Positions 39,541 through 48,694 of a stretch of DNA of 64,000 bases are shown here, one piece after another. The DNA lies in contig CAZDNS010000001.1 of NCBI GenBank assembly GCA_964506845.1, forward strand, positions 5,618 through 69,617. Direction: 5' to 3'. Made by a program: the position numbers and the translations under genes. The notes under the pieces are model-generated. The model was not told the origin of the DNA and did not search any database. It saw only the letters and a program-made list of their open reading frames with translations. Numbering within the stretch: position 1 is the first letter of the stretch; every line of letters starts with the position of its first letter. The stretch comes from an uncultured Planctomycetia bacterium (GTDB taxonomy: Bacteria; Omnitrophota; Gorgyraeia; VGKN01).

Positions 39541-40170
39541 ATGCCTGCTACATTTATATTATCAGTGCCGATTTTTTTGTTTGCGATAATAGCGCACGAA
39601 TATTCGCATGGGCTTACCGCATATCTTCTAGGAGACCCCACCCCCAAGCTTTATAGACGGCTTACCCTTAATCCAATTTATCATATCGACCTTTTCGGCA
39701 CTGTTATATTGCCACTGATTTTAGTTGCAGGACACTCCCCTGTGGTCTTCGGCTGGGCAAAGCCTGTTCCCATAAATTTTTCGAATTTTAAAAACCCCAG
39801 AATGGATACAGTTCTGGTAGGCCTTTCCGGCCCGCTTGCGAATTTAGGAATGGCAATTTTTATTTCCTTGTTATTAAGGCTGGGTATTGGATTTTTAAGC
39901 GAGGAAGTTATATTTTTTATTAAACTTTCTGTTTTAATAAATCTTGTTTTGGCTATTTTTAATCTGCTGCCAATTCCGCCGTTAGACGGTTCAAAGGTGG
40001 TTTTGGGAATCCTGCCCAAGAGAGCTATAAAAACCTTCCTGTTTTTAGAACCCTACGGAATAATAGTCCTTGTTATCCTTTTGTGGATAGGCATAATAAA
40101 TAAATTTGTCCTTCCTATTGTATTGTATCTCGCAAAAATACTATGCGGTTCCGTTGATATCGGATTATGA
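39541..40170 (+). CDS. site-2 protease (peptidase M50)-family membrane metalloprotease
   Basis: HEXXH within first TM (IAHEYSHG), polytopic, 209 aa. Confidence 0.6.
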   Translation: MPATFILSVPIFLFAIIAHEYSHGLTAYLLGDPTPKLYRRLTLNPIYHIDLFGTVILPLILVAGHSPVVFGWAKPVPINFSNFKNPRMDTVLVGLSGPLANLGMAIFISLLLRLGIGFLSEEVIFFIKLSVLINLVLAIFNLLPIPPLDGSKVVLGILPKRAIKTFLFLEPYGIIVLVILLWIGIINKFVLPIVLYLAKILCGSVDIGL

Positions 40171-40952
40171 GGAAAAGGGATTATCTTTTGGCGTTCTTTG
40201 TTTGTTTATACCTTGTGAGTTTTATCGGATGTTCAACCGTATACAACACACAAAGGCATAAGGAAGAGGTAATATTTATCGATTCTGAGAAAGAGGCAAG
40301 GATCGGAGAAAACGTCTCAGAACAGGTAAAAAAAAGGTTTAAATTTTCAGAGGATAAACAGGTATGGGAAAGGATATCAGCCATCGGGAAAAAAATCGCA
40401 GAGGCCTGTAACAGAAAAGAAATATACTTTCAGTTCTTTGTTCTGGAGGAGGATGAGGTCAACGCCTTTTCATTGCCGGGAGGGTTTGTCTACCTAAATA
40501 CCGGTCTTATTAAAAAGGCTAAAAACGATGATGAACTTGCCGCTGTTGTTGCCCATGAGGTCGCTCATATAGCAGAGCGCCACGCGATGAAGCGGCTGGA
40601 GAACACCATCGGTTATTCAGCCTTAAAAATTTTAACCTTGAACATCCCCCAAGATGCAGCCTCGATAAGGAATTCTAACATTGCATTTACCCAGCTCTTG
40701 CTTTCCTATTCAAGAGAAGATGAGATAGAGGCAGATATTCTCTCAGTCAAATATCTAAATACTGCGGGCTTTAACCCTGCCGGTATACTCAGTTTTCTTA
40801 ACACCTTAAGAGAGATACAGATAAAGGAGCCACCTAAACCAAAAATTAGATTCAGGACACATCCTTATATTTCCGAAAGAATTGCCGCAGTAAAAAAAGA
40901 AATCTACGGCAAAAGGGATTTTAGCGACTATATAAACGTTATGGAAAACTAA
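40167..40952 (+). CDS. M48-family zinc metallopeptidase, probable lipoprotein
   Basis: Lipobox-like FIGCSTV. HEXXH motif VAHEVAHIAERH. Confidence 0.75.
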   Translation: MRKRDYLLAFFVCLYLVSFIGCSTVYNTQRHKEEVIFIDSEKEARIGENVSEQVKKRFKFSEDKQVWERISAIGKKIAEACNRKEIYFQFFVLEEDEVNAFSLPGGFVYLNTGLIKKAKNDDELAAVVAHEVAHIAERHAMKRLENTIGYSALKILTLNIPQDAASIRNSNIAFTQLLLSYSREDEIEADILSVKYLNTAGFNPAGILSFLNTLREIQIKEPPKPKIRFRTHPYISERIAAVKKEIYGKRDFSDYINVMEN

Positions 40953-40962
40953 GGAGGTTAAG

Positions 40963-41319
40963 ATGTTTCTTAAATTGTTTAAAAGAAAAAGCAAGAAAGC
41001 ATCGACCCGGCCTGTTAAAAAGACAAAGCCTAAAAAACTGTTAAAAAAGAAAAAGGTATGCGAGAAAAAAATTGGAGTGGTTACGCACTATTTTCCAAAG
41101 GTAAAAGCCGGGGTGGTTAAAATAACAAGCGGTTCTGTAAAGATAGGTGATACTATTCGCATAAAGGGGCATACCACCGATTTTAAACAAAGGGCAACCT
41201 CTATTCAGATAAATAATAAACCTGTTCAAAAAGGTCAATTACATAAAGAGATTGGCATTCTGGTAAAGGGGAGGGTGAGAATAAAAGACACTGTTTATAA
41301 ATTAATCGAGTCCGCTTAA
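40963..41319 (+). CDS. hypothetical protein with Lys-rich N-terminus
   Basis: 118 aa, KRKSKKASTRPVKKTKPKKLLKKKK tail then a probable small beta-rich domain. Confidence 0.35.
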   Translation: MFLKLFKRKSKKASTRPVKKTKPKKLLKKKKVCEKKIGVVTHYFPKVKAGVVKITSGSVKIGDTIRIKGHTTDFKQRATSIQINNKPVQKGQLHKEIGILVKGRVRIKDTVYKLIESA

Positions 41320-41338
41320 AGCAACGGAGAAAAAACAT

Positions 41339-41983
41339 ATGAATAGAAAAAATCAAAAAAATAACTTCACAAGCGAGGATCCATGGAGAATCTTCAGGAT
41401 AATGTCAGAGTTCGTTGAGGGCTTTGACGTCCTTTCAAAAATAGGACCGGCGGTTTCCATATTCGGCTCAGCAAGAACCAAGCAAAATAATAAATATTAC
41501 AAACTGGCAACAGAGATTGCCGCGGTCCTATCCAAGGAAGGATTTGCCATAGTCACCGGCGCAGGACCCGGAATAATGGAAGCTGCAAACAAAGGCGCAA
41601 TAAAGGCAAAAGGGAAATCCATAGGCCTTAACATCCAGGTCCCTATAGTGCAGAAACCAAATAAATACATCGAGACCCTGCTTGATTTTAGATACTTTTT
41701 CTGCCGAAAGGTTATGTTCGTCAAATACAGCAATGCCTTTATTATCATGCCTGGGGGATTCGGCACAATGGATGAGCTCTTAGAGGCCATAACCCTTATT
41801 CAAACAGAAAGGATAAAACTCTTTCCCGTGATACTCGTGGGTAAGGAGTACTGGTCTGGCTTAATAGAGTGGATTAAAAATAAGATGCTCAAAGATGGAA
41901 ATATTTCAAAAGAAGACCTGCGCCTTTTTAAAATATCCGACGACCCTAAAGAAATAGTCTCCATAATCAAAAATTTTAATTAA
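41339..41983 (+). CDS. LOG-family protein (TIGR00730, cytokinin riboside 5'-monophosphate phosphoribohydrolase-like)
   Basis: GSARTK..., GAGPGIMEA and PGGFGTMDEL motifs. Confidence 0.8.
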   Translation: MNRKNQKNNFTSEDPWRIFRIMSEFVEGFDVLSKIGPAVSIFGSARTKQNNKYYKLATEIAAVLSKEGFAIVTGAGPGIMEAANKGAIKAKGKSIGLNIQVPIVQKPNKYIETLLDFRYFFCRKVMFVKYSNAFIIMPGGFGTMDELLEAITLIQTERIKLFPVILVGKEYWSGLIEWIKNKMLKDGNISKEDLRLFKISDDPKEIVSIIKNFN

Positions 41984-42078
41984 AAACGATAAATTATTAA
42001 AAATTGAAAATGAATAAAAATAATGCTATTATAAATAGTGTTATTACCTGTTAAAAAGCTATATTTTCAGTTAATAGT

Positions 42079-42627
42079 ATGCTAAAAAAAGGATTCTTAA
42101 TAATAGCAATAACTCATTTAATCCTAATTCAGTGTGCCTTTGCCCAGATAAGCAGTTCCAGGGAAAAAAACTTAAACGACTCAATTAAAAAACTGGAAAA
42201 CAGCCAAGAGCAGATTCGCCTTGATGCGGTAAATTCCCTGGGTTTTTTTGAAGACAGAAGAGTCCTGCCATATCTGATAAAAACCCTGGATGATAACAGT
42301 ACCGAGGTAAAAAAGGCAACGATTTTAGCATTGGGCAACCTTGGGGATAAGTCTGCTGTAGCGCCTATTAAAAAATTCCTGCAGGAGCCGACATTGGCCT
42401 GGTATGCGGCATTTTCTTTAGGTATGCTGCAAGACGAGGAGATTCTTGAGACCCTCAGCACCTATCTAAATGACAAAAGCATAACCAAAAGAAAATTTGC
42501 CGCCTACGCTATTTCCTGCATAAAGAGCGAGGCGGCCATAAAAACCCTAAATACTGAAATGGCTAAGGAAGGTCAGGAAGAACTCAGAAAGGAAATTGAG
42601 AAAATCCTGAAAAAATCAAAAGAATAA
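42079..42627 (+). CDS. secreted HEAT/PBS-lyase-repeat protein
   Basis: Signal peptide and repeated VR..A..ALG..GD..A units. Confidence 0.6.
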   Translation: MLKKGFLIIAITHLILIQCAFAQISSSREKNLNDSIKKLENSQEQIRLDAVNSLGFFEDRRVLPYLIKTLDDNSTEVKKATILALGNLGDKSAVAPIKKFLQEPTLAWYAAFSLGMLQDEEILETLSTYLNDKSITKRKFAAYAISCIKSEAAIKTLNTEMAKEGQEELRKEIEKILKKSKE

Positions 42628-42634
42628 ATCCCGC

Positions 42635-44464
42635 ATGAAAAATCCTATCTCTCTGCCAATCTTCACCATATCAGCATATAGGTCTTTTAGGGCACTGCTT
42701 ATAATTACCTCTGTCTTTATTTATACTATTTCTTTCAACTGGTATAATCCTTCATTTTATCTATTTATGTTATGCTGCTACAGCTATTGCTTTTCTTCTG
42801 TTGCGAGCCTCTTCGCCCATTTTCTGATTTATATCTTCTCTAAAGGTGTTATTCTTAATGAGAAGGAGGAAATAATAAATCCTGGGATCCAGCCATCGGT
42901 AAATATCGCCTTTTTCAGGCCAATATTTGCAAAAACAACGCAAGAAATGGATATCCTGCTTAACAGCATGGAAAAGGACATCATTAATAATCAGGAGCCC
43001 TCTAAGAATCTAAAGTTTATATTAATAGATAATACGAGGGACGAGTCGGTTAAGGCATATGCAAGAAAACGAATAAGGGAGCTTGAGGAGAAATTTGGAG
43101 ACGAGGTCGTCTATTATTTTCATAGGAATCCAAAATGCGATTTCTTTAAAAAGGTGGGGATATTAGAGGATGCTATAATGCTTCTTTCCTACGGATGGAC
43201 AAAACCAAGGGTTTATACCTCTAAAAAATGGGACACATGGACTAAAGGTACTAGAAATCCTAATGAACCCATCTTTGATGAAATCCTTGGTGAACCTACT
43301 GCTTTTGGCCTTGAGGCAAGAGCCGAAGATATAATTAAGGGAAATGATATCACGGTAGATGAAAAGAAAAAAATAAAAATAGCCTTTGTCTGCGATGCAG
43401 ACAACTACTGGCCAGCCGGCCAGATAAGAAAAATAGTGGCAAAAATATTACATCCCGACAATAAGGATATCGTAATATACCAGCCGTCTATCGAGATTTC
43501 AAACCCGGAGGACAACGGCTACATAAAACTCACGGTTCTGGCAAGGCTTATGTACGGGTTTGACTCTCTTGTAAAATGGAGGTTGTTTAGATTTTCTCCT
43601 TTCTACGGAAAGGGGGCTATAGTTGTAGAGCCCTATATAGACGGGATTATCTTGAAGGAGTGGCTCCATCCAGGAAAGGCGGCGAGCCACGATTTCCAAG
43701 AATCACTTAATGCTTGGACGGCTTTAGTGGAAGATGTATATATTATGGAAAAAACCTTTTCTAACAAAATATCCGAACTCATAAGAAATGCTCTGTGGAG
43801 CTGGGGAGACATGGAGACAGTCAAGCAGTTTTTATTTAAAAAGTTCCGGGCAGGCAAGAAGACCCACTTATTTGTCCTCCTTAGGAACGTAATCGGCCCA
43901 ATGGTATTTAGCCTTTGGCTAATAGGCACTACTGTTTCTTTTCTTGTAAAAGGGCTTAGCGAACTAAAGAATCCGGGTCTTTTATTTTCGCTCTTTAGCA
44001 TAATAATCTTTATCTCTGCGGTGATTCCGAAATTTGGGGTTCCTTTTATTTATAAATACAAGGCTAAAACCTATGCGCCTCCTACGCTACTACCGTTGGA
44101 TTTTTTAAGCATAATTAAAAACGGTCTAATAGAGTTTTTATTCTCGGTCGGAATACACGGCCTTGATTTAGTATACAAGCCTATTGCTTCTGTTCAAAAC
44201 CTCATAAAGCAATTCTTGGGTGTATCGTATGTATGGAAAACGGGGGCGATGGGCGAGATAGAAACTGCTGATATATCCCTGATTAAGACGTACAAAATCC
44301 TGCATCTGTCAACTGTTATCGGCGTAATGTTGTTTCTTTTGGCGATTTTTAAGGTTTTCCCGGTAATTCTAAGCATTATATTGTCTCCATTTATATTCTC
44401 TTTTATTCTTGGGCCTTGTTTAATCTGGGCTACTTCGAAACGAGTAAAATATCTTAACGCATAG
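42635..44464 (+). CDS. polytopic membrane glycosyltransferase, GT2 / OpgH-like (tentative)
   Basis: 609 aa. N- and C-terminal TM bundles flank a cytoplasmic domain with FILIDNTRDE and VCDADNYW (DxD-like) and GFDSLVKWR. Confidence 0.4.
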   Translation: MKNPISLPIFTISAYRSFRALLIITSVFIYTISFNWYNPSFYLFMLCCYSYCFSSVASLFAHFLIYIFSKGVILNEKEEIINPGIQPSVNIAFFRPIFAKTTQEMDILLNSMEKDIINNQEPSKNLKFILIDNTRDESVKAYARKRIRELEEKFGDEVVYYFHRNPKCDFFKKVGILEDAIMLLSYGWTKPRVYTSKKWDTWTKGTRNPNEPIFDEILGEPTAFGLEARAEDIIKGNDITVDEKKKIKIAFVCDADNYWPAGQIRKIVAKILHPDNKDIVIYQPSIEISNPEDNGYIKLTVLARLMYGFDSLVKWRLFRFSPFYGKGAIVVEPYIDGIILKEWLHPGKAASHDFQESLNAWTALVEDVYIMEKTFSNKISELIRNALWSWGDMETVKQFLFKKFRAGKKTHLFVLLRNVIGPMVFSLWLIGTTVSFLVKGLSELKNPGLLFSLFSIIIFISAVIPKFGVPFIYKYKAKTYAPPTLLPLDFLSIIKNGLIEFLFSVGIHGLDLVYKPIASVQNLIKQFLGVSYVWKTGAMGEIETADISLIKTYKILHLSTVIGVMLFLLAIFKVFPVILSIILSPFIFSFILGPCLIWATSKRVKYLNA

Positions 44465-44475
44465 AGAGGGGAAAA

Positions 44476-44874
44476 ATGAAAGAGAGACGAAGATATGCAC
44501 GCATAGGCATTGCTCTACCAATAAAATATAAAATTATAAATAAGAGCGGCTGGCATAAAACCTCCTCGTTAAATATAAGTGCCGGTGGAGTGCTTATTCC
44601 TACAGTGCCTTACCTGGATGTAGGAACCAAGTTGGACTTACAGATTTACCTGCCGGGTGAAAAAAAACCTATAAAAGCAATCGGAAGAGTAATATGGAGA
44701 AAACCTGCCGAGATATGGGAAGGTTTTAAGTTAAGCCATGAGATGAACGGATTTTTCGCAGGGATTGAATTTGCCAAGTTTACAAAAATCAAGGAGGACA
44801 ATACCGTTAAAATCATGGAATTTATCTACGAATGTCTCCATGATAAAGATTTTATGAAAAAATTTAAGGAATAA
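44476..44874 (+). CDS. PilZ-domain c-di-GMP-binding protein
   Basis: RRRYAR (RxxxR) and NISAGG (D/NxSxxG) motifs, 132 aa. Confidence 0.65.
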   Translation: MKERRRYARIGIALPIKYKIINKSGWHKTSSLNISAGGVLIPTVPYLDVGTKLDLQIYLPGEKKPIKAIGRVIWRKPAEIWEGFKLSHEMNGFFAGIEFAKFTKIKEDNTVKIMEFIYECLHDKDFMKKFKE

Positions 44875-44889
44875 GCAGTAATAGAGAAG

Positions 44890-45040
44890 GGCAATCTATC
44901 CCGTTGCCAGAGGACCATGGCCTATGGCCATGGGTGAATGGTGGTCCGGGACGTCGCGCCCCACGAGGGGCGTAAAAGTTTTAGGGGACCACGTGCATGC
45001 ACGTGGGGCTCCAGTTATCAAAATGACTGCCTACCAAATG
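44890..45040. other. GC-rich segment of three consecutive strong hairpins (candidate structured RNA or REP cluster)
   Basis: CCATGGCCtaTGGCCATGG, CGCCCCacgaGGGGCG, CCACGTGCATGCACGTGG. GC content far above surroundings. Confidence 0.25.
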
Positions 45041-45041
45041 G

Positions 45042-45857
45042 ATGGAATACGAACAGCAACTTGTTTTATTAAAAAGGGTGAGAGACGTATCTGTAGCAGC
45101 AGGAGAGCTTATAAAAAGCCGCTTAGGAAGATTTGGAAATATATTCTTTAAGGGCCGGATAAACCTGGTTACAGATATAGACAAGGCCTCGCAGGAACTG
45201 ATAATTAAAAGGCTGAAAAAACTACTCCCAGAGGCTGATTTTCTGGCAGAAGAAGAGAAAAATACAATAAAAAGGACCAGAGAATTCAGGTGGATAGTAG
45301 ACCCCCTTGATGGCACCACAAATTTTGTCCACGGATTTCCCTTCTTTTGCGTTTCCATAGCCCTGCAGAAAGACTCTGAAATAGTTTTAGCCTCTGTTTA
45401 TGACCCCATACGAAAGGAGCTGTTTCATTCGCTTAAAAATAGCGGTTCTTTTTTAAACAAAAAACGAATCTCTGTTTCAAAAACCAAAACCCTGAAAGAA
45501 AGCCTGCTTGCTACAGGGTTTTCTTATAAATTCAGGAAATCAAGAGATAACAATATCGCAAATTTCATAAAACTGCTTGTTTCTTCTCAGGCTATAAGAC
45601 GGGCGGGTTCAGCAGCGCTGGACCTATGTTACGTGGCCTGCGCTAGATTTGACGGCTTCTGGGAACTAGACCTGAATCCCTGGGACACAGCAGCCGGTAT
45701 ACTTATTGTGAAAGAAGCGGGAGGGAAGGTTTCAAATTTTAAAGATAGGGAATATTCGCTTAAGGATAAGCAAATACTTGCCACTAACGGTTTAATACAT
45801 AAACAGATGCTGGGGTTACTCTGCAGGGATAAAAAAAGATTTTTGAGGTTCGTATAA
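45042..45857 (+). CDS. inositol monophosphatase family protein
   Basis: WIVDPLDGTTNFVHGFP metal-binding motif, 271 aa. Confidence 0.8.
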   Translation: MEYEQQLVLLKRVRDVSVAAGELIKSRLGRFGNIFFKGRINLVTDIDKASQELIIKRLKKLLPEADFLAEEEKNTIKRTREFRWIVDPLDGTTNFVHGFPFFCVSIALQKDSEIVLASVYDPIRKELFHSLKNSGSFLNKKRISVSKTKTLKESLLATGFSYKFRKSRDNNIANFIKLLVSSQAIRRAGSAALDLCYVACARFDGFWELDLNPWDTAAGILIVKEAGGKVSNFKDREYSLKDKQILATNGLIHKQMLGLLCRDKKRFLRFV

Positions 45858-45989
45858 ATTTAGTGCCAGAAGAGCAGGATAAGAAGCCGTATGATTTAGA
45901 AACAAAACTTAGGATATTACGCATCAAATTCATTAATAAACTCGACCAAACCATAGGAGAAGAAAAACGCATCCTAAAGAAATATATAA

Positions 45990-46150
45990 GGATTAGTGGA
46001 GTCCCTCGGCCTATCCCTCGCAACTTGGCTCGGGATGGTGAGCGAAGTCGAACCAAAGGCCGAGGCTCCCTCCCGAGCAGAAAGAACAATATGGCATTCA
46101 TCCCTCGGGCTAAAGCCTGTGGATTCCTGCGAGGGATTGATAATTTTTTA
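45990..46150. other. GC-rich region with long-range complementary segments ending in a T-run (candidate small RNA)
   Basis: TCCCTCGCA(46010)/TGCGAGGGA(46128), CCTCGGCC/GGCCGAGG, GCTCGGGA/TCCCGAGC, then TTGATAATTTTTTAA. The overlapping ORFs 45863..46168(+) and 45784..46101(-) are low-complexity. Confidence 0.25.
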
Positions 46151-46233
46151 ACCCACAGAGCCGTATAAAGTTAAGATAATATAAAAGACTCTTGACATAT
46201 AAACGCGCAAATATTAAAATAAAGCAAAAAAAG

Positions 46234-46402
46234 GGTAACCGCAAAAGCGCAGAATAACCACCAAAGCGCAAAATATCCCTGCCTGTCGCCTGCCTGACGG
46301 TAGTCAGGGCAGGCGCAAAGAAAGACTTCTGCGTTTCGGCGTTTACTAATTTCGCTATTTAGCGGTTACAAATTTTGCGTTTCAGCGGTTGCAAAAAAGG
46401 AG
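46234..46402 (+). promoter_or_regulatory. conserved upstream cassette, copy B (with palindromic insert CCTGCCTGACGGTAGTCAGGGCAGG)
   Basis: Collinear with copies A, C and D. Followed by hairpin GTGCT..AGCAC, then GAAGGAGG and the ATG at 46440. Confidence 0.6.
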
Positions 46403-46439
46403 TGCTTTGACTACGCTCAGCACTTCGAAGGAGGTAAAA

Positions 46440-46823
46440 ATGGATAATGTATATACAGGCGAAGAAAAAAGACAGTTCTACAGGGTTAACTATGAAAAAG
46501 AACTTAATTTTGACAAATTTATTGGCTCAAGCGTGTCTGGTACCAACTCAGGGATAAGCAAAAATATAAGCCAGTCAGGGATATTAATCCAGACAGATAA
46601 CCCGCCATCTATATCAAACTTATTATGGATAAGCCTTGATTTAAGGACACTCAATATCTGCCAGGAAATAGAGCAGAATGCCCTGATTATCAAAAACGGA
46701 GTAGTTGGAAAGGTTGTCAGGCTTGAAGAATCTAAAACTGCTGAAGGAAGCTACGATGTAGGTGTGTGTTTTCTTAAAAAAGGCTCATCCATGGAAGAAA
46801 AACTGGCAAAAGCGCTTGTTTAA
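46440..46823 (+). CDS. PilZ-domain protein
   Basis: KRQFYR (RxxxR) and NISQSG motifs. Start at ATG 46440 after GAAGGAGG. Confidence 0.6.
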   Translation: MDNVYTGEEKRQFYRVNYEKELNFDKFIGSSVSGTNSGISKNISQSGILIQTDNPPSISNLLWISLDLRTLNICQEIEQNALIIKNGVVGKVVRLEESKTAEGSYDVGVCFLKKGSSMEEKLAKALV

Positions 46824-46830
46824 GCATTTC

Positions 46831-46986
46831 CAATGCTAATAGTCGGTTTTATTATTCTAATAGTAACGTTCGTTGCAGTTATTTTTAGCATAGACCCCAC
46901 CATAAAAGAATGTCAGCACTGTAAAAGCCAAATCCGCTTAAAAGAGCTTTTCACGCACAAAAACTCCTGCCCTGAATGTAACAAAT
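46831..46986 (+). CDS. small membrane protein with zinc ribbon (not in ORF track, <60 aa)
   Basis: 51 aa, MLIVGFIILIVTFVAVIF TM helix then CQHC...CPEC. 8 bp after the PilZ stop. Confidence 0.35.
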
Positions 46987-47357
46987 AGGCTAAATATTAA
47001 TTTTTAATCAAAATCAATGACTTCTATTGGATATTCTATTAACGTCCTATAATATATCTTATGTTAACTATAATCACACAATAAATTTTATGTAAGTTAT
47101 TGTAATTAAAGAAGATATGTTAAAAAATGCGCAAGCTGTTAATATATGGCAGGAATTACTTTCTAGTTCTTATCTCAACAGGTAAATAACCACTATCTAA
47201 TTGGGGAAGTCTTACCCCATTTATTGAGACTATGTTCACATCATTTGCTGTAACCGCATTGGCCGATATGGGGTGAAAAATACCCTTAATCAGATTAAAA
47301 AAAAGGCCAATTGCTATCAGGGTTAAAATTACCTTTGAATAGGTATCCAGTTCAATT

Positions 47358-47894
47358 TTACTCTTCATAGAGATATCTCCTCCTTTTTTTGGCAATTTCT
47401 CTTATTCTGGTTCTATCAAACAACCTATCTATATCGAACTTGTTATATATCCTGAATAATAAAAAATAGGTAAAGGGCGATGCAGTTTTATTATTTATGA
47501 GGTCTAAAAGTAAATGGTGAGAATATCCGATACTTATTCCCAATACTACCATATTTTTGCTAAAAAATAACAGCCATAACCATAATGCTAAAACTATCTC
47601 AAAAGAGTGTAGGAATAAATAAACCTTATCAAAATTAACCTCAAAAAAAAGGCGCATTACTTTCCTGGGTTTCAACTTATAACAACCATACCTAAAATAC
47701 TCAAAAAGATGGTCTATGTCTATAAATACGCCACAAACAAGGTTAGAGATAGATATGGAAAGACAGTTAAAATAATTTAGCAGTAAAAGGCTAAATCCAC
47801 CTGAAATTACCAGATGATGTAATGGCCCTATGGGAAAAATCTCCTTAAGATTTATCCGCCTTCGCACTTGCCTGCCGCAGACAGGGAAAGCCAC
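47358..47894 (-). CDS. polytopic membrane protein (possibly DUF457/YdjM-like metal-dependent hydrolase)
   Basis: 178 aa, 4-5 TM helices, conserved His/Asp cluster (IDIDHLFEY, HHLLLD). Confidence 0.35.
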   Translation of the reverse strand: MAFPVCGRQVRRRINLKEIFPIGPLHHLVISGGFSLLLLNYFNCLSISISNLVCGVFIDIDHLFEYFRYGCYKLKPRKVMRLFFEVNFDKVYLFLHSFEIVLALWLWLLFFSKNMVVLGISIGYSHHLLLDLINNKTASPFTYFLLFRIYNKFDIDRLFDRTRIREIAKKRRRYLYEE

Positions 47895-48050
47895 ACCTGT
47901 CCTTCGACGAGCTCAGTATGGTGAGCCCTTCGACTCCGCTCAGGGCAGTGAGCCTGTCGAACTGCATGGTCGAACCATAAAGGTGTGGATGTCCGCCACG
48001 AATCTTGGCGGATGCTTCGGCGGGTTTCGCCCGATATGTTCATATGGGGC
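47895..48050. repeat. GC-rich intergenic segment with ~28-bp imperfect tandem units and hairpins
   Basis: CCTTCGACGAGCTCAGTATGGTGAGCC / CTTCGACTCCGCTCAGGGCAGTGAGCC / TGTCGAAC, CCGCCACGAATCTTGGCGG. Confidence 0.4.
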
Positions 48051-48051
48051 T

Positions 48052-48354
48052 TCACTTCTTGGCAGGAATCTCGATGCCCCCTGCATTCATTTTCTCAAAA
48101 ACAGGGCAACTTTTTACAAGGTTACATCTTTTTAATTCAAAACAGGCCTTTTTTGCTCCTATATAGAGAAGTCCTCCAAGACTACAAACTATTATGACAA
48201 TGGAGACAAAAACGCCAAGTTTTTTTGCTGCCCCCTTCTCTTTTATAGCCGTGATAAATACCTTATACCCCAGCGCAAGGGTAAGTAAATACAGCGCCCA
48301 GTTTATACCTGTGAATTTGCCATGATGCCAGAAAAAACCTTTTAAATCCTCCAT
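48052..48354 (-). CDS. small membrane protein, hypothetical
   Basis: 100 aa, two TM helices. Start at 48354 with AAGGAGG RBS, directly preceded by cassette copy C. Confidence 0.35.
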   Translation of the reverse strand: MEDLKGFFWHHGKFTGINWALYLLTLALGYKVFITAIKEKGAAKKLGVFVSIVIIVCSLGGLLYIGAKKACFELKRCNLVKSCPVFEKMNAGGIEIPAKK

Positions 48355-48503
48355 ATCCCCTCCTTTTTTGCAACCGCTGAAACGCCTGTCTGCCGACAGG
48401 CAGACAAAATTTGTAACCGCTAAATAGCAAAATTAGTAAACGCCAAAACGCAGAAGTCTTTCTTTACGCCTCTGCCGATATTTTGCGCTTTGGCGGTTAC
48501 CCC
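48355..48503 (-). promoter_or_regulatory. conserved upstream cassette, copy C (contains GTCTGCCTGTCGGCAGACAGG insert)
   Basis: Reverse complement aligns with copies A, B and D. 20-nt palindrome at 48385-48406. Confidence 0.6.
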
Positions 48504-48694
48504 TTTTGTTTGGTTAATTACATACAAAAAAGGCTGCGAGACTTTGGGTTCGCTCAAACTTGTGACAGCCGGGTCACCTTTTTAAATTTCCTTAGCGCTC
48601 AATAGTCTCACAGCCAGCTAAACTCTACCATATCGAACAGATTTTGTCAATAGCAGTATTTAAAATTTAAGAAACGAGAAATATTTATAATTAA

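Noticed and set aside
45863-46168. 101-aa ORF on + strand and the overlapping 105-aa ORF 45784..46101 on - strand
   Set aside because: Both are low-complexity (Arg/Pro/Gly-rich) products of a GC-rich structured segment. They are mutually exclusive and more likely non-coding.
47156-47395. 79-aa minus-strand ORF overlapping the start region of the 47358..47894 gene
   Set aside because: It has a weak start context and overlaps the neighbouring gene by 38 nt. It is possibly a real small membrane protein, but support is insufficient to call it.
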